This document shows, in pieces, positions 28,114-41,461 of a DNA stretch of 64,000 nucleotides. The stretch is from Amoeboaphelidium protococcarum X5. Its lineage: Eukaryota > Fungi > Aphelidiomycota. Below the pieces are notes generated by a model. It had not been told where the DNA came from. It was given only the letters and a program-made list of their open reading frames with translations, and ran no database searches. Position 1 is the first letter of the stretch. Every line of letters begins with the position of its first letter. The translations under genes were made by a program, and so were the position numbers. The stretch lies in assembly GCA_023515725.1 (NCBI GenBank), contig JALDTO010000176.1, positions 1 through 64,000 on the forward strand. Reading direction: 5' to 3'.

Positions 28114-31100
28114 ATGTGGTTTAGTAGATTTAGCTAGAGTTTGAATTTAAATACACCTTCAGCTGCCGGTGAGAGTTAGAATAATAATAATAGTACCACT
28201 AATAGTTAGGCCAATGATGACTAATCAACTTCATAACACAATACTGCTGCTGATCAGAAACGATTATCAACTACAAGAGCATTGATTGCCAGGATTACGG
28301 ATTCTCTCTGTCTAACGCCCTATCCATGGTAGAGAGTGACCAAGAAAGACTCTAATAGAGTTTACATTAAGGATTTGCTTTATGCTCTTAAAGATATGCT
28401 TGGTAATACTCGGAATCCCATAATCATCCTCCTCAATTTGTCTCATAAGGAGTACAGTTTTAATATGCCTGCGAATTCAGTATACTAGTAGCAATAAGAT
28501 TAAAGTTCTTCTAAATAACTGAATCTTACGTCTCTGATTGTTGAAAAGGATTTACCGTTGTACTTTGTCTACCACATGCCATTCAAGTACGATTTAGATG
28601 GTATTTTGCATTTGATCAACCTGATCAATGCTCTTAATCAAATGCTTTCGGGACATAAATTGGGTATGGTGGCTATAAATTGTTTGAATGGAGACCGGTC
28701 TTTTCTAGTTGCTAATCTACTGAAAGCTTATAACTATGGCAAATGGTAGAGTGTGTTCAGTTGTGTCAAGACTCCTCAAGATTATCTATATACTTTGTAC
28801 TTATAGAGTCTGTTGGTTAATCGGCATTTGATATCAAATTTACGCTCAGAGGCTTATTTACTAGGTGTTCATACTGCCGTATATATGGGCAGTGGTTCCT
28901 CATCAAGTGCTGGCTAGAATATAGATAATGTTCACGTTGAGGTGCGGTTGAAAGATGAGACTGTATGGTCCTCTTTGGTTGTGCTGCAAATTGCTAATGG
29001 TGGATTTTATGAACACGATGAGGATCAGCAGCAGTTGTATGAATAGATGCATAGATTGACATCAGCCGCTAAGCTTAATGATGATATTGAAATAAGGCTT
29101 GTTGCATTTTTGAGAAGATAATCACAGATTGGATCTGGTTTATAAAGCACTCCTTCAAAGTAATCGTCGCTGTAGTTTGAAGGCAATGGAGGCCATTCGA
29201 CTTAAATTTAATTTTAGCTGAAGTAGACTGCAAGTGAGTCTGAGTTTTATTCAAAAGTTATTTTGGCTCAGGGTACAATCAACTTATTATTTCTACCTCA
29301 ATCTGGTGTGATATCTCTGTAATCTGGCCTCACTAATTATCTTGAACATCTCAACACATCGTCTGGCGTACTTGAGCTAAGTTCATTTGCTTAGAGATGC
29401 GGCTTTCTGGGAGTGAGGTTGTAGTTAATTCTAAATGATTCTCCGATATTATCTTAGAATATTAATCGGTCATTATCAAATGACAGTCCTTTAGTTCTTC
29501 ATAAAGTTATTGTGAATAGCGTGCCTAAATTAGTGCAATGCGATCGTAAAGTTAAACCACTGCTTGAGATATATGGACAAAGAATCAAGTTTTCGAATGA
29601 TGGAGATGGTCAAATTTAAATATCGAATGAGAAATAGCTGCTTTATAGTAGTCAAATCCATCAAGCGAATTTGAAGAAGCGTAAATTGTCTAATGATCGT
29701 AATAGTAGAGGCTCTCAGTCACTTAGACCAGAGTCGCGATTGACTGGATCTTATTCTGTGAATAGTATTCTGACAGACTTGTCTTCAAAGGAAGCTATTA
29801 CAGACTCTGACGGGTAGTAGTTATAGTCATCATCAAGAAGGAGTTCCCTTGAGAAGCCTTAGTCTGAGTCTCAGCTTAATGAGTATCAATCTGAGTCTTA
29901 GTTCACTTTAAATGACTATTTAGAGGATGAGGATCCTGTGTATGTTGACTCTGATTTCGTCTTCTTTCGTCTGAACAGTCTTGGTTCTCGTTTATAGCAT
30001 GGATCTAATGAGTCGTCTCTGGATGCAATAAATAGTGGTGCAGGTGGTGGATTTGTTATTGATGGCTCTTATTCGAAGCTGGAACTTGTTGTTAATCATT
30101 TTGATGATGCCACCAGTTCTCTTGTTCCTCTTTGCACTTATACCATGCTTCCTTTCATGATCAGTGATAATGGTGCTGGTATGTTTAGAGTTTCCAATTG
30201 TAAAGCCTTTTAAAGTCCCATAAGCCGAAGAGCTAGTTAATTGGCTGCCAATATTGGCCAGTTCGTGCAGAAAGCCCTGTCCCCTCAGTCTGATCATGAT
30301 AGTGTGCGGTTGTAAAGCCCCGATGTGGCCGTGGATGATGATTTTAGTATTGATTCTAGTGTTGGTAAATTGTTGTTCACCTCAGCTTTGGATCCATCTA
30401 ATACTTAGTCGCCGATATAATTTGCGGATAATTTCTGTCTTGATTTGGTATTTATTGAAAATTTGCGATTGTTCTTGGATGAAGAATAGGAAGAGTAGTA
30501 AGAGGTGGCGGTGACAGACACTCTGTCGTAGTAAACGCTTGCAGCAGGTAAATAGGCGCTGAGTGCTACGCGTGGAGTGACTAATGTTATTGAGTAGTGC
30601 TCTGTGTAGGCTGATTCAGAGCTGTGTTTTATATTCTGTCGCTAGCCTGTTTCATAGGATCTTTAGCTGGATTTGGCTCAAGTCAAGAAATTTCTTAGAG
30701 CTCCCGCCAACTCTGATCTCCCTTTATTTGTAGATCTTTAAATGTCTTGCGATTTGAAAAAGACGCAGGAGGATGTGTAAAAGTGTTTTGAGAATGGGGT
30801 TAATTTGCCGCAGAAGCAGATTTTTGAGGATCAATCTCTCAAGTAGTGGTTTGTTAATGGTTTTTATAGCGTACTAGGGGATCATTCATCGTAGGAATAG
30901 TAGTAACAGCAAGAGATTAATAATAAACATCATTAATGGTGGCATCCGCTCATTGTCAAGCTTGCATTATGTATGCAGAGAAATTAGATACACGATGCGC
31001 ACTCCTTTCTAGCTGTGGACCTCCCAAAGAAGTTGTATATGCAGCTCGTGTTAGAATGTGTAATCTATTACTATGAGAGTTATCGGTTTGATTAGACTAA

Positions 31101-33507
31101 TTTTTAGTTAGTATATGATGAGCTGATTGTGACAAGTCCCTTAGAGGCTTAGTTACCCGTGTCTAATGAGTCTGTAATTGATGGTTTACTACCCTCTTAC
31201 TAAACCCGTCGTTAGTAGGAGATGGGCGATGGTGATCGATACGACAATATACAGGAGAATTAGTAGGATGCTTCCTTGTATTAAAAAGATGGGTAATTGC
31301 AGCAAAAGGAAGCCAATGATAAATAGTAATCTCCTGTGAGAGAAGCATTACCATCTGCGTCTTCCTCATCATTGCCTCCACCACCACCAATGCCTTAACT
31401 AACTCAAGGGGGCAATTTTGTCGTTGACCAGATTGAATAAGCCACATCAAATTCTGTGTAACCTCCCGGTGGTGTTCCTCCACCTCCCCCTATGCCTGTG
31501 CACTCCGCGGGTGGTGTTCCTTTGCCTCCTCCTCCGCCTATGGCTGGTGGGATCGCGCCTGGTGGAGCAGGTCCTGATTTAAATAGAAAGCATGTAAGAG
31601 TAACACTTCATTGGGATGCCTTGAAGTAATAGGATTTGCAAGCGTTGTCAAATATTGGACGAAAAAAGACTATATGGATGGAGGATTCTGATGAAGATGT
31701 TGATGATAATTATGCCGACGTTGATGCTGACAGTTAATAATTGGGAGAGAAAGATGACGGAGGAGATACGAATATTGGCTCTAAGGACAACTTAGCGGTA
31801 GAGTCTAATTCAATATCATAGTCCAAGCATAAGAATAAAAGAGTCAGTATGTGGATGAATGTAAGAGATTCTATAAATGTTGACAAGTTTGAAGAGTTAT
31901 TTTGTGAAGATCCTGAAGAGTTGCAGAGAAAGAAGAAGCTTTTGGCAGAGTAAAAGCTGGATGGCCAAAAGAATAACGGTAAACAGTCAATTGAAAGGAT
32001 ATCTGTACTTGACTCCAATAAAGCCAAAAACATCAGTATAGTCCTTAGCAAATTTGAGAGGAAGTGCAAGTCTTTGGTGGAAACTAGTGTCAACACCGCT
32101 GTGTCTGAATTAGCCCTGGATGTTAAATGGACGGAGGTATCGCAGTCTTCATTGTAGAGTATGGTGTTTCTTAAACTACTTCATGTGATTATCCTCAATA
32201 TGAAAGTGGAATGGTGTGCTAACACAAGCGAAGTATAATTAGAACTGGAAGATCATCTGGTTTTGTAGAAGATTCTCCCTGATTAGGAACTTTTACAAGA
32301 GATTTAGAATTGGATGCGAACGAAAGCGAAAGCATTCTTGGACGATGAGAGCGGTGAATTTGCTCTGGATGAGTATTTACTGCGGCGGCTTGCATTTTCC
32401 GATTTGTTTGTAATTGAATTTTATTAAAGAAATCCCGTGGTCAATCTCATGGTCAGCACATCCATCATCCGGTTAAAGTATCTCGCTTCTCATAGTTAAG
32501 AGTCTAAGGATTAATAGCCAAATTAGAGTAATTCTGGAGGGAACGAAATTGATGTCATTCTCTAAAAGCTGGATGTAGTTGAGAAAGTATTGCTAGAGTT
32601 GTAGACCAACTCTGGATTGAAGGTAATCCTGAGAGCAGTTCTCAGTCTTGGGAATATGACCAACTATGAGTATGGTAAGAAGTCTTAATTTGGTAGACGT
32701 GGTGATCGAGCGGTTGGCTTCAAAATCGAGTCTCTACCTAAACTCCGCGATGTTAAAGCCCGCGATGGTAAATCCACTCTGATGAATTATCTGGTTGAAG
32801 TTTTATGGGGAGTTCCGGATTTGATCTAATTGCCAGATCATTTCGAGAATATTGGTCTATTAGTTGCCAAAGATTACAAAACGACAGATATTCTTAGCTC
32901 TATCTCCGAAGTGTAGTAAGATTATGAGTAATTGGTGTAGCTGTCACAGTAGGACTTTGCTATGGACACCAGAATGCAAAAGTTGATTGAGAAAGATGGT
33001 GCTATTAGAAACTCATAGTAATCTTAGTAATTGAGTTATATCTCATTGCTTCTTGGCAAGTTCGCTGTCGATACCGCTGATGTAGAATCTTTGAAGTAGC
33101 AGTATGCTGAGCCGGTAATCACAGAGATGCAATCCCGACTGTAGACACTTTATGGTCGGTGGGCTCAGTGTTGGTAGGCGTGTATCGACACTGCTCTGTA
33201 TTTCGGAGAGAACCCGGAAGATTATGATATTATCACCGCTCAGGAGTAACAAGAAGCGACTCTTAGCACTGCCAGTTATAAATCTGTAGCTGATCTGCCA
33301 GGCTCAAAAGCAAAAAGAAGATGGGAAGATTTATTTGATGTATTCCATACATTCTTTGTGTATTATAAAGAAGCAGTGTCTCAGGTGAAGCGACATAAAG
33401 ATAAGGAGCGGCGCGCCAAGGAGAGAAAGTAAAAGCAGCAGGCGGAATAGTTCAAGAAAGATGGCACTTCTAAAGAGGCCACCTCGTCTTAGAGTAAAAA
33501 TTCATGA
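28114..33507 (+). CDS. Formin with N-terminal PTEN-like and C2-like domains, FH1 and FH2
   Basis: 1797-aa frame. PTEN-like ITDSL..TPYP..NRVYIKD..LNLS.KEY..VAINC.NG.R..TPQ; C2-like LHKVIVNSVP..KPLLEIY..FADNFCLDLVF; polyproline 31375-31540; FH2 LHW, KAKNISIVL, LGNMTN, GFKIESLPKLRDVK, YFGE. Confidence 0.9.
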
Positions 33508-33575
33508 TCACCTGATATAAATACATTAATAAAAATAGACTAAATGAATTCATCCTTTTTAATATGCCATTCTTT

Positions 33576-35218
33576 TCACTTTATCGATTAAGAGTTAGAT
33601 ATGGACTTGCTGGTAAAGTATTTAGTTCGCTCCTTGTACTCGGCCAGATCAAATTTAGGTACCAGATCAATATCAGACCTTGGGTAAAGCCATTCCAAAA
33701 AGAGAAGGAAAATGTAGTTCAAGGCCACAATACAGCAAAACAACTTACCTGCCCACATTCCACACCCATAGAATCTCCGTAACCGCTCAATCAATGGAAC
33801 ATCAGGCATCTCAAGTATGGATGAATAGACTCGTTCTGTGCGCTCAGCCACGTCCATCCAAGAGTACATTTTCTAAATCTCCCGATGAAAGTGCCAACGA
33901 TCGATTCCCTCTGTGCGCACCAAATCTACGGCTGTCATCAGTACATCAACCATCTCAGTGTCATCATTGCCAAACATAATCATTGATCTGGGCAGAACTT
34001 CTACAATACCGCCCACTCGCGTAGACACCACAAGAAGGCCACAACTTGCAGCTTCAATTATTCCAATGCAAAAAGCCTCAGTCAGTGAAGTGTTGAGGAA
34101 TATTTAACCTCTGACCAACACATCGCGTACCATGGTATGTTTGATTGCTCCCAGCAGTTCAACTCTGTCCTACAGCTAATACTTTTCCCTCATCTACTCC
34201 AAATTGATTCTTTTAGGTCCATCTCCGGCAATGATGAATCGGATCCTGAAATCCAATTCACACACCATAGGAATAACAGCACACAATAAATCAATACCTT
34301 TACGATAAGTGAGGCGACTGACAATCACAATAGTGATATGATCTTCTTACGTGGCTCCATCTTTATCTCCGGCTTTCTCTTGATCGAAATCACCATAATC
34401 TCCACCATTTTTAATATTCAAATCAGCTTTAATATCATCTGGCGCTGTTCTGTCTAAATTATTATCAGATCGACCTAATTTCTAATAAAGCGAGCGAATA
34501 ACACCATGTTCCCTAATATCTTACAATTCACTAGCAGTTGGAGGTGTAAACTGAGAGGACACAACAGCATTTGGTATAACAGAGACTATATGCGGATTCA
34601 AAGCAGCTCTAAGCACAGTGTTCTCTTTACTTGTATGCGACACACATATGACATGATCAATATCAGACAGAGAGAACTTGAGTAGTTTATTAGTCAATAT
34701 AGAAGATGTATCACTAAAGCCAAACAGAGAGTGATCAGTAAAAACAGCCTTAAGACTCATGGTGCGTGCGTGTAGAATAGCCTCGTGTGCAATGGTACTA
34801 AATGCCTAATGAGCATGCACAATCTGGATCTATTCGCGTATAAAAATCTACCGCATCAGAGGAAATAGTCCATACACCGTAGGTAGAGTGGCCTACTAGT
34901 AAATGACTATATGCGGCAAGTAGTACACCTTGAGACCATTCGTCAAGTAACGAACACCCACTCGATCTTCATCATACTAATGCGTGATTATGACAACTTT
35001 GTGTCCGCGGGCAATCAATGCTTGACTAACACAGTACAAGTGACTCTCCACACCACCATAATTGGGAAAGAAGAAGTCGCTCACCATACTACACTATTAT
35101 TATTATTGTTTTAATGTTACTTTAATATACTATCATCATATGACAATATATATAGATGAGATTACCATATGTTGTAAGAAGGTGAACTGTAAAATCCACT
35201 GATGGGTGCACTAAACAT
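33576..35218 (-). CDS. PIGA: GPI-GlcNAc transferase catalytic subunit PIG-A/Spt14/Gpi3
   Basis: Splicing intron 35089-35165 gives [20 protein letters not shown]. Also [29 protein letters not shown] and a C-terminal TM helix. Confidence 0.95.
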
Positions 35219-35612
35219 TATCGCTTGACTAAATGACTGCCTGACTTTATTGCACACAATATCTAGCAGATGCTACACTATATGAGTGGGAAGACTTAAC
35301 AATTGAATTACAATAAGTAAATAAAGAAACAATATAATGGAAGGAACACAAAATGATGACGGAGCGGCTTTGAAACAATTTGAAGAATGCTTCAATAGTA
35401 ACGAAAGAACGCGGTGGGATGCAACATTGAAATGAGAAGAGCACTTGAATACCGCTAGTAACCTTAAATGTGATGGATTATCTAGCGAGCCTCCTCCCTG
35501 ATTATAGCGATATTATAACAATCGCTGTAATTTTTAATGCTGTAATACCAAAACAATATTCAAATGAACGCGTTATATAATTACATTAATAAGAGCCGCG
35601 TTCCTTCTATGG

Positions 35613-35708
35613 TCCTTCCCTCCCTCCCTCCCTCTTTCTCTCTCTCCCTCCCTTTTTCTCTCTCGCTCTCTCTCTGACTCTCTCTCTCTCTCTTTTTTAT
35701 TTCTCTTC
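35613..35708. repeat. Polypyrimidine (CT/CCCT)n tract in the PIG-A/Mtr10 divergent intergenic region
   Basis: ccttccctccctccctccctctttctctctctccc...ctctctctctctc, seen directly. Confidence 0.85.
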
Positions 35709-35943
35709 GAACAATGACAAACGCGCGTTCAAAGTGGAATTCCAGCGCTTCCTCGCCCGTTCGCTCGATCTGGCATTTCAATCGTTCATTCCTTCCTTCT
35801 CCATCAATTTGTCAACTTGTAGTTATTATTACCGTTTATTCCCATCATTATCAAAAGTCACGCACGGTATTGAACCATTTGTATTAACTTTTGAGCACTA
35901 AATTTTTATTAAACTATTGGGTCCCATAAGAAATTATAATATA

Positions 35944-38900
35944 ATGGATTAGTTGATTCTGCAGGTGAAAGAGACCATAAGTTAGTTGTATAATCCTAAT
36001 TTGGATTCTAATGTCAAGAGACAGGCTAACTAGATGCTGGAAGAGTTTTAGCGTAATCAAGATGCATGGATGGTGGCTAATGCTCTACTCACTGACTAAG
36101 GTGGTGCGAATTCTGTTCTATTTAATGTATTTGGTGCTACTATAATCAAGACTAAATGTATCCACGATCAGTACCAGTTGAACGAAGAGAGTAAAGTATC
36201 GCTCAAGAACTCCATCCTGTAGTTGCTGTTGATGCCACAGTCTAGTGGTGGTCAGCAGAAGGTGATATAGAGACATTTGATTGTGGCACTGATCCACTTG
36301 GCCGTGAGACTATACGACTGGACTGATGCATTTAATGAAATCTGTTCCCAGTTCAATCAGAGTGGGAAGCCTGTGCTAATGTTGGACTTTGTTCGTCTTC
36401 TACCTGAAGAAGTTTCTATGACTGCTGCCTCTCTTGCGGTTAAAGATGATGAGTCTGATCGACATTCTCAAAGCATTAGACGGTTATTATCATTTTAGAA
36501 TGCCAGCGTTGTCCTAGATCTTACCATGACCATATTGCAGCAGAGTTCGTCCGATGTTGATATGGTTGAGCTGGGTGTGTAGACCCTGTTGAGCTGGTTT
36601 AAGACCCAAGCCATAGCTGTGTAATCTATTGGTCTAGACAAGTCAAAGTAGTTACTCAGTTTATTGTTTAGCACTTTGGCTAGATTTATTAAGAGTGGTG
36701 ATGGTGATTGTGGCCAAGTTTGTGAAGTTATTGCGGATTTATTACTGGAAATATCAGCCAGAACTGCACGCGAAGATTTATTTGATAATAGTAATAATAA
36801 TAACAATGATAACCCTAACAATAGTTCTGGTCATGCGTTCTAGTATAATGAATTCAGATTATGTATAATCAATCACTTGTGGCAGTTGTGCGAGATGGTA
36901 TTTGGTGGTGGACTGTAGATCAGCAATGAGATTCATCGTGACTTGACCAGATTGATCACTTAAATTGGTGAGGATTTTATGCCGTTCATAGTGAAATAGA
37001 CTGGAGATTATGGACGATTGCCGCTGATGGTTCTAGAATGTGTCAAGTATTAACACTAGGATCCTGATGAGGATCGAGATTTGCGCGTTATTGGGATAAC
37101 TTTTGGTTTCTGGTTTGAGCTTACTAGAGTGATCCTAGACTCTGATAGAAACGTCAACAATTTTGGGTAGTAAGGAGGCTCTGGTGGAATATCGCAATTT
37201 CATTAGTCTTTCATTGATTTGCATTTACAGCTCATTAGTGCAATGATGAAATGCTTCCAATATCCTTCTAGTGGCGATAAAGCTTAGAATGGGGATGGAA
37301 TGACTGCTGAGGAGAAGGAGGAGTTCAGAGACTTCAGACACGCTGGTGGAGATGTGATTAAAGATTGTGTGATGATCGTCAGTCCATCAGAGGCTTTGAA
37401 AATACCCTTTTAGGCTCTAAATCAGTTTGTCACTGGTCTTTAGTAGTAATAGAGTTAGAATGCATGTTAATGGTAGTATGCTGAAGCTGCAGTATTCGCT
37501 TTGAGAACAATGGCAGCACAGGTGGGAGATGAGTAGCAGATCCTGCCGCAGATAATTAAGATGGTTCCACACCTTACTGAGGCTGTGGAGAAGGCACTTC
37601 CTAATTCTTTAGGTGCTCGCAAGCTGCGATACGTGTCTATTCTGATGCTTGGCAGATACGCATATTGGACTAACAGTCATCCAGAGTATGTTAAAGAGCA
37701 CTTGAACTTCATTTATGGAGGGTTCAAGATTGGCGGTTAGGATCTGTGCAGTGCCTCAGCTCTGGCATTGAAGTATCTGTGTGAGTCTTGCAGCAAGCAC
37801 ATGATTCCATTCTTGAATGACTTGCATCAGTTGTATTCAAGTGCCACATCTAGTGGTACTGCTCTTCCACGCACAGAGATTATGGAATTGACTGAGGCTA
37901 TTGCTTACATTGTTAACAGTGCTCCTTTGACATCATAGCAATCTGGCGGCGTTGATATAGATTTGACAAAGATTCTCCAAAGTTTTTGTTAGCCTATTGG
38001 TGAATAGTTGTACTCTTTATGTTTTGTCTTGGTCGCTGGTCAGTAGCAGTAATAATCTGTCGGTAATGCATCCTTCTCTTAAGTGGACATTCTACTGGAG
38101 CGATTGGGTATATTCTTTCGCAGAGTCAATCCAAAAGTCCCTGTTGATTAGCCGCATCCGTGTATTTAGCTCTTTGAGTCATGTCTGCCAATATTTTAGT
38201 AGTTGATGACTTATAAACAGATTCCGAATGATACCATGGAGTCAGTGTGCAAGTTGATCAAGAGAGTGCTAGTGTCTTATGAGGAGTATCCACAACTTAA
38301 TGCTATTGTTAATCAGACTCTGTGTTCACTGTTGGCTCAGAGTTTCCAGCTGACATAGCATCCGGCTTTATTGTGGGTTGCATCGCATATTGTGCGTAGA
38401 TTTGTCCATAAATATGGCACTACAGCCAGTGTTAATTAAATGGTGGAGTCTATGCTGCAGTAGTGCTTTTTGCTGCTTAATTCTGTTGATAAATTTAATT
38501 AATCGCCTGAACTCGTTGATGACTTTATGAGACTATTGACTGCTTGCACTGTGCAGCTGTCGTAAACGTTTTATTCCGAGGTTGTGCTTACTCCTGTTGT
38601 GGATTTTATCATATTTGGGCTGAATACCACACAGGTCAGTGCTCTTGAGTCGCTGTTGGATTTTGCTAATCGTTTAGTGTCAGAATCAATGGTAGCATCC
38701 CAAATTAATGCTAATTCTATTCATCAGAATGGAGTCAATGGCGCAAGTAATTCAAAGTAAATGGTGCTTTGCAACGTTATGATGACACGTCTAAGTCCTC
38801 TGCTGATGACTTTGATCTCTGGCATTATTGGATAGAATTAGAGTGGAAATGCTTACAGTGGACATTTACTGCAGGATCTGGCTTCCCTAATGATGTACAC

Positions 38901-39129
38901 GGCTGATTTGGTATCACCATAGGCATTCGTAAGTATTTTATAGTAAACTCTGTAGTAAATACAAGCTGTGGAGGGAAATCAAGTAAAATTGACAAATGCT
39001 ATTGTCAAGAGAGTTCTGGACAGTTACGCATTGGCCAAAGAGAAAGGTCAAGAGTCACCACTGCGATATGGATTGGCAAGTTTAGGTGCGGCCTTCCGTG
39101 TCCGCTCTAGTGCTCCTGCATTTAGTTGA
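35944..39129 (+). CDS. MTR10: Transportin-SR/Mtr10 (importin-beta family)
   Basis: ANQMLEEFQRNQDAW, LPEE, ITFGFW, EEFRDFRHAGGDVIKDC, GRYAYWTNSHPE; HEAT-like helical composition; 1061 aa. Confidence 0.85.
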
Positions 39130-39276
39130 GTTTCTATTAAGTGTACTGTACATTGGTTATATAGGAACTTAATTTTCACAAATGGATTAAAGAATATGAT
39201 ATTTATGGAATTACTGTGGACAATAAAGTAGATTTATTATTACAATCACCATCAAAATTTTATCTTTAATATGTAA

Positions 39277-40338
39277 TCACTCATTTTGCGCATTAGATGG
39301 CACCTATTACTACTACAAAGCCTGTTTAATCTGGTTTAATTATTACTCTAGTTCAACCTTAGATTTAACGTGGATCATCTCTTAATTACTCAGCTCCATT
39401 TTATGCGTATGAGAACTCTAATCCAGCTTGTTTACCAAAGTCACATTCTCAGACTTTACGCGGGCAATCTCATCCGTCAAATCGTGAACAATTTTCATTT
39501 ATGATCGTATATCTGAATCTAAAGTAGTGTTCTAGTTCTTTACCTGATCCTTCTCCAGTCTCAACTGCTCAATCAGTTCATATAAATCGGTATACTTGGT
39601 AGTGTGCAATCGTTTCTCCGACTCTTGATTCTGTTTCAAATCAGCGAATTGGGCGTGAAGATTCTCCAGCTCTGTCTGCAAATTCTTATTCGCCACCTGC
39701 AAGTCAATGTTGTCGCGTTGCATTCTCTTCAAACGATCTGAAAGCGCCGATGTTTCTTGCAGTGCCCGCTGTTACTCATCTATTCGCATACTCAGCTTTA
39801 TAATCTCAGCCTGGTGCATAGACTCCATGTCTTCCAGTGTGGCTTGATAATCCTGCTCAGTCTATTTGAACGCGCGCCTAGAGTCTATCAATTCCTGTTG
39901 CACCTGAAAGTAGAGCTGCTTGTATTTCACAGTCTGACTGTCATACTGATCGTCTCTGCTCTTGATCGCCTAAATGAATTCAGCGAAATACTTTGCTCTC
40001 AACACTGAAACATCCGCCACTGGCTGAGCAAATTGTCTTCTCAATTAATTAAACTCAGCTGCTTTTTGATCAAGTTGCTACTTCCACTCCACCACCATGT
40101 TCTCATGCTCCTCTTCTATTATTCTCTACATTATCATTAGGCTTAATATTGATTCCATACATGTTGTGAGTAGCGGTACCTTTTCATTGGCCGTTTTATC
40201 CAACAATTGTTATACTTCTTGCAGCTGATCCACTGCGTTGTCATATTCAACTTTCAACTACACATTGTGTAACACATTGTATAGACATGTTCATTTATAG
40301 GAGACAATTACATTATCAAATTGCCGCCTATAGTCCAT
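39277..40338 (-). CDS. Coiled-coil protein resembling the N-terminal half of centriolar CEP83/CCDC41
   Basis: Introns 40258-40311 and 40126-40179. Spacing LK.E..NEK..P...LRA..KY..Y..EI..L..HKMEL..KVELE matches CEP83 as I recall it. Coiled coils can mislead. Confidence 0.5.
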
Positions 40339-40579
40339 ATTTTATTGGATGCTTTACAAAAAATAATAATATTGTTGTCGCACAGTACCGTAGAACAAGA
40401 AGTGTGAAGCTGAAACCAGAGACAGGTCGGCAGTCTTGAAAACACTCTGTGATAAACAAGTTAGTCTATACTGAGCAGAGGTGAAAGAAAGTAAAGACAC
40501 CAAAATTAATAAGAGCAATTTAAAAATATTCTGTCTATTTTATTCGATAATAGTCAAATTGAAATCTGAGGGAGGAAAA

Positions 40580-41044
40580 TCATGCCATCAAGATCATAGT
40601 CGATCCAACTGCAGCCAAAGCAACGACAGGAGCAAAAGATGAGGTTGACGCGTCATTGCTGCTGCTATCACTATTCTTGCCTTGATTATTTCCTACATTG
40701 ACGATATTGCCATTGTTATTAGATGAAGTCTTGGACGGGTCACATGGTGTGCAGTCGCTTCCATCGCCACATTTGCACTGCATCACTTGTTGGCCATTGT
40801 TGTTCTCGACCTTGACACTGATTCCCTGCGCGACAGTCGATCCTTAAAAGATCTGAACTGGACAAGTGTAAGCTTAGCCATTTGCATATCCAATGGAGCC
40901 AGGATTACAACCTACATATATATTGAAAGAAATCATTATAAACGGTAAATAGAGATAAACAATTCATAATCAACACTTACCATCTAATGCGACAGCACTA
41001 CCAACGATCACGCTCAAAGCACTCAAAATCAAATTAAACTTCAT
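40580..41044 (-). CDS. Small secreted Cys-rich protein, predicted GPI-anchored
   Basis: Signal peptide MKFNLILSALSVIVGSAVA, intron 40912-40980, 6 Cys, S/N-rich linker, hydrophobic C-terminus FAPVVALAAVGSTMILMA. Confidence 0.78.
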
Positions 41045-41461
41045 GATACTCTTTCAAACTCTGAAATATAACGGATGGCAAACTACCAGTACAAGATAAA
41101 AATAACCTAGATAATCTGAAGAGTGGAAGAGGAGGATAACTCCGATGCCAAGATGTTGTGACTTGCTCACTCCTGAAAAATATTTTCACGTGTATCCCAT
41201 GATCACAGTCAACGCGACGCGTTGTGGTTGGTGACGCTAACATGTCATTTGAAATATCGAAGCTGAATTATTTATGTTGAAAGCATGATCATCGTTACCA
41301 TTATTTAAAAAACATTCAGCAATTATATCATTTAATCCAACACATTTCTATTATTACTCATCATCATCTCAAGTTTCCTTCGCAAGATATTCTTCTTCAA
41401 TCAAAGTTTTCGATCGAAACATTCAAAGTATCACAAGCTCCGTAAATAATAAATTCTAAAA

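Noticed and set aside
35581-35781. Track ORF rich in ER/GR repeats
   Set aside because: It is a translation of the CT microsatellite.
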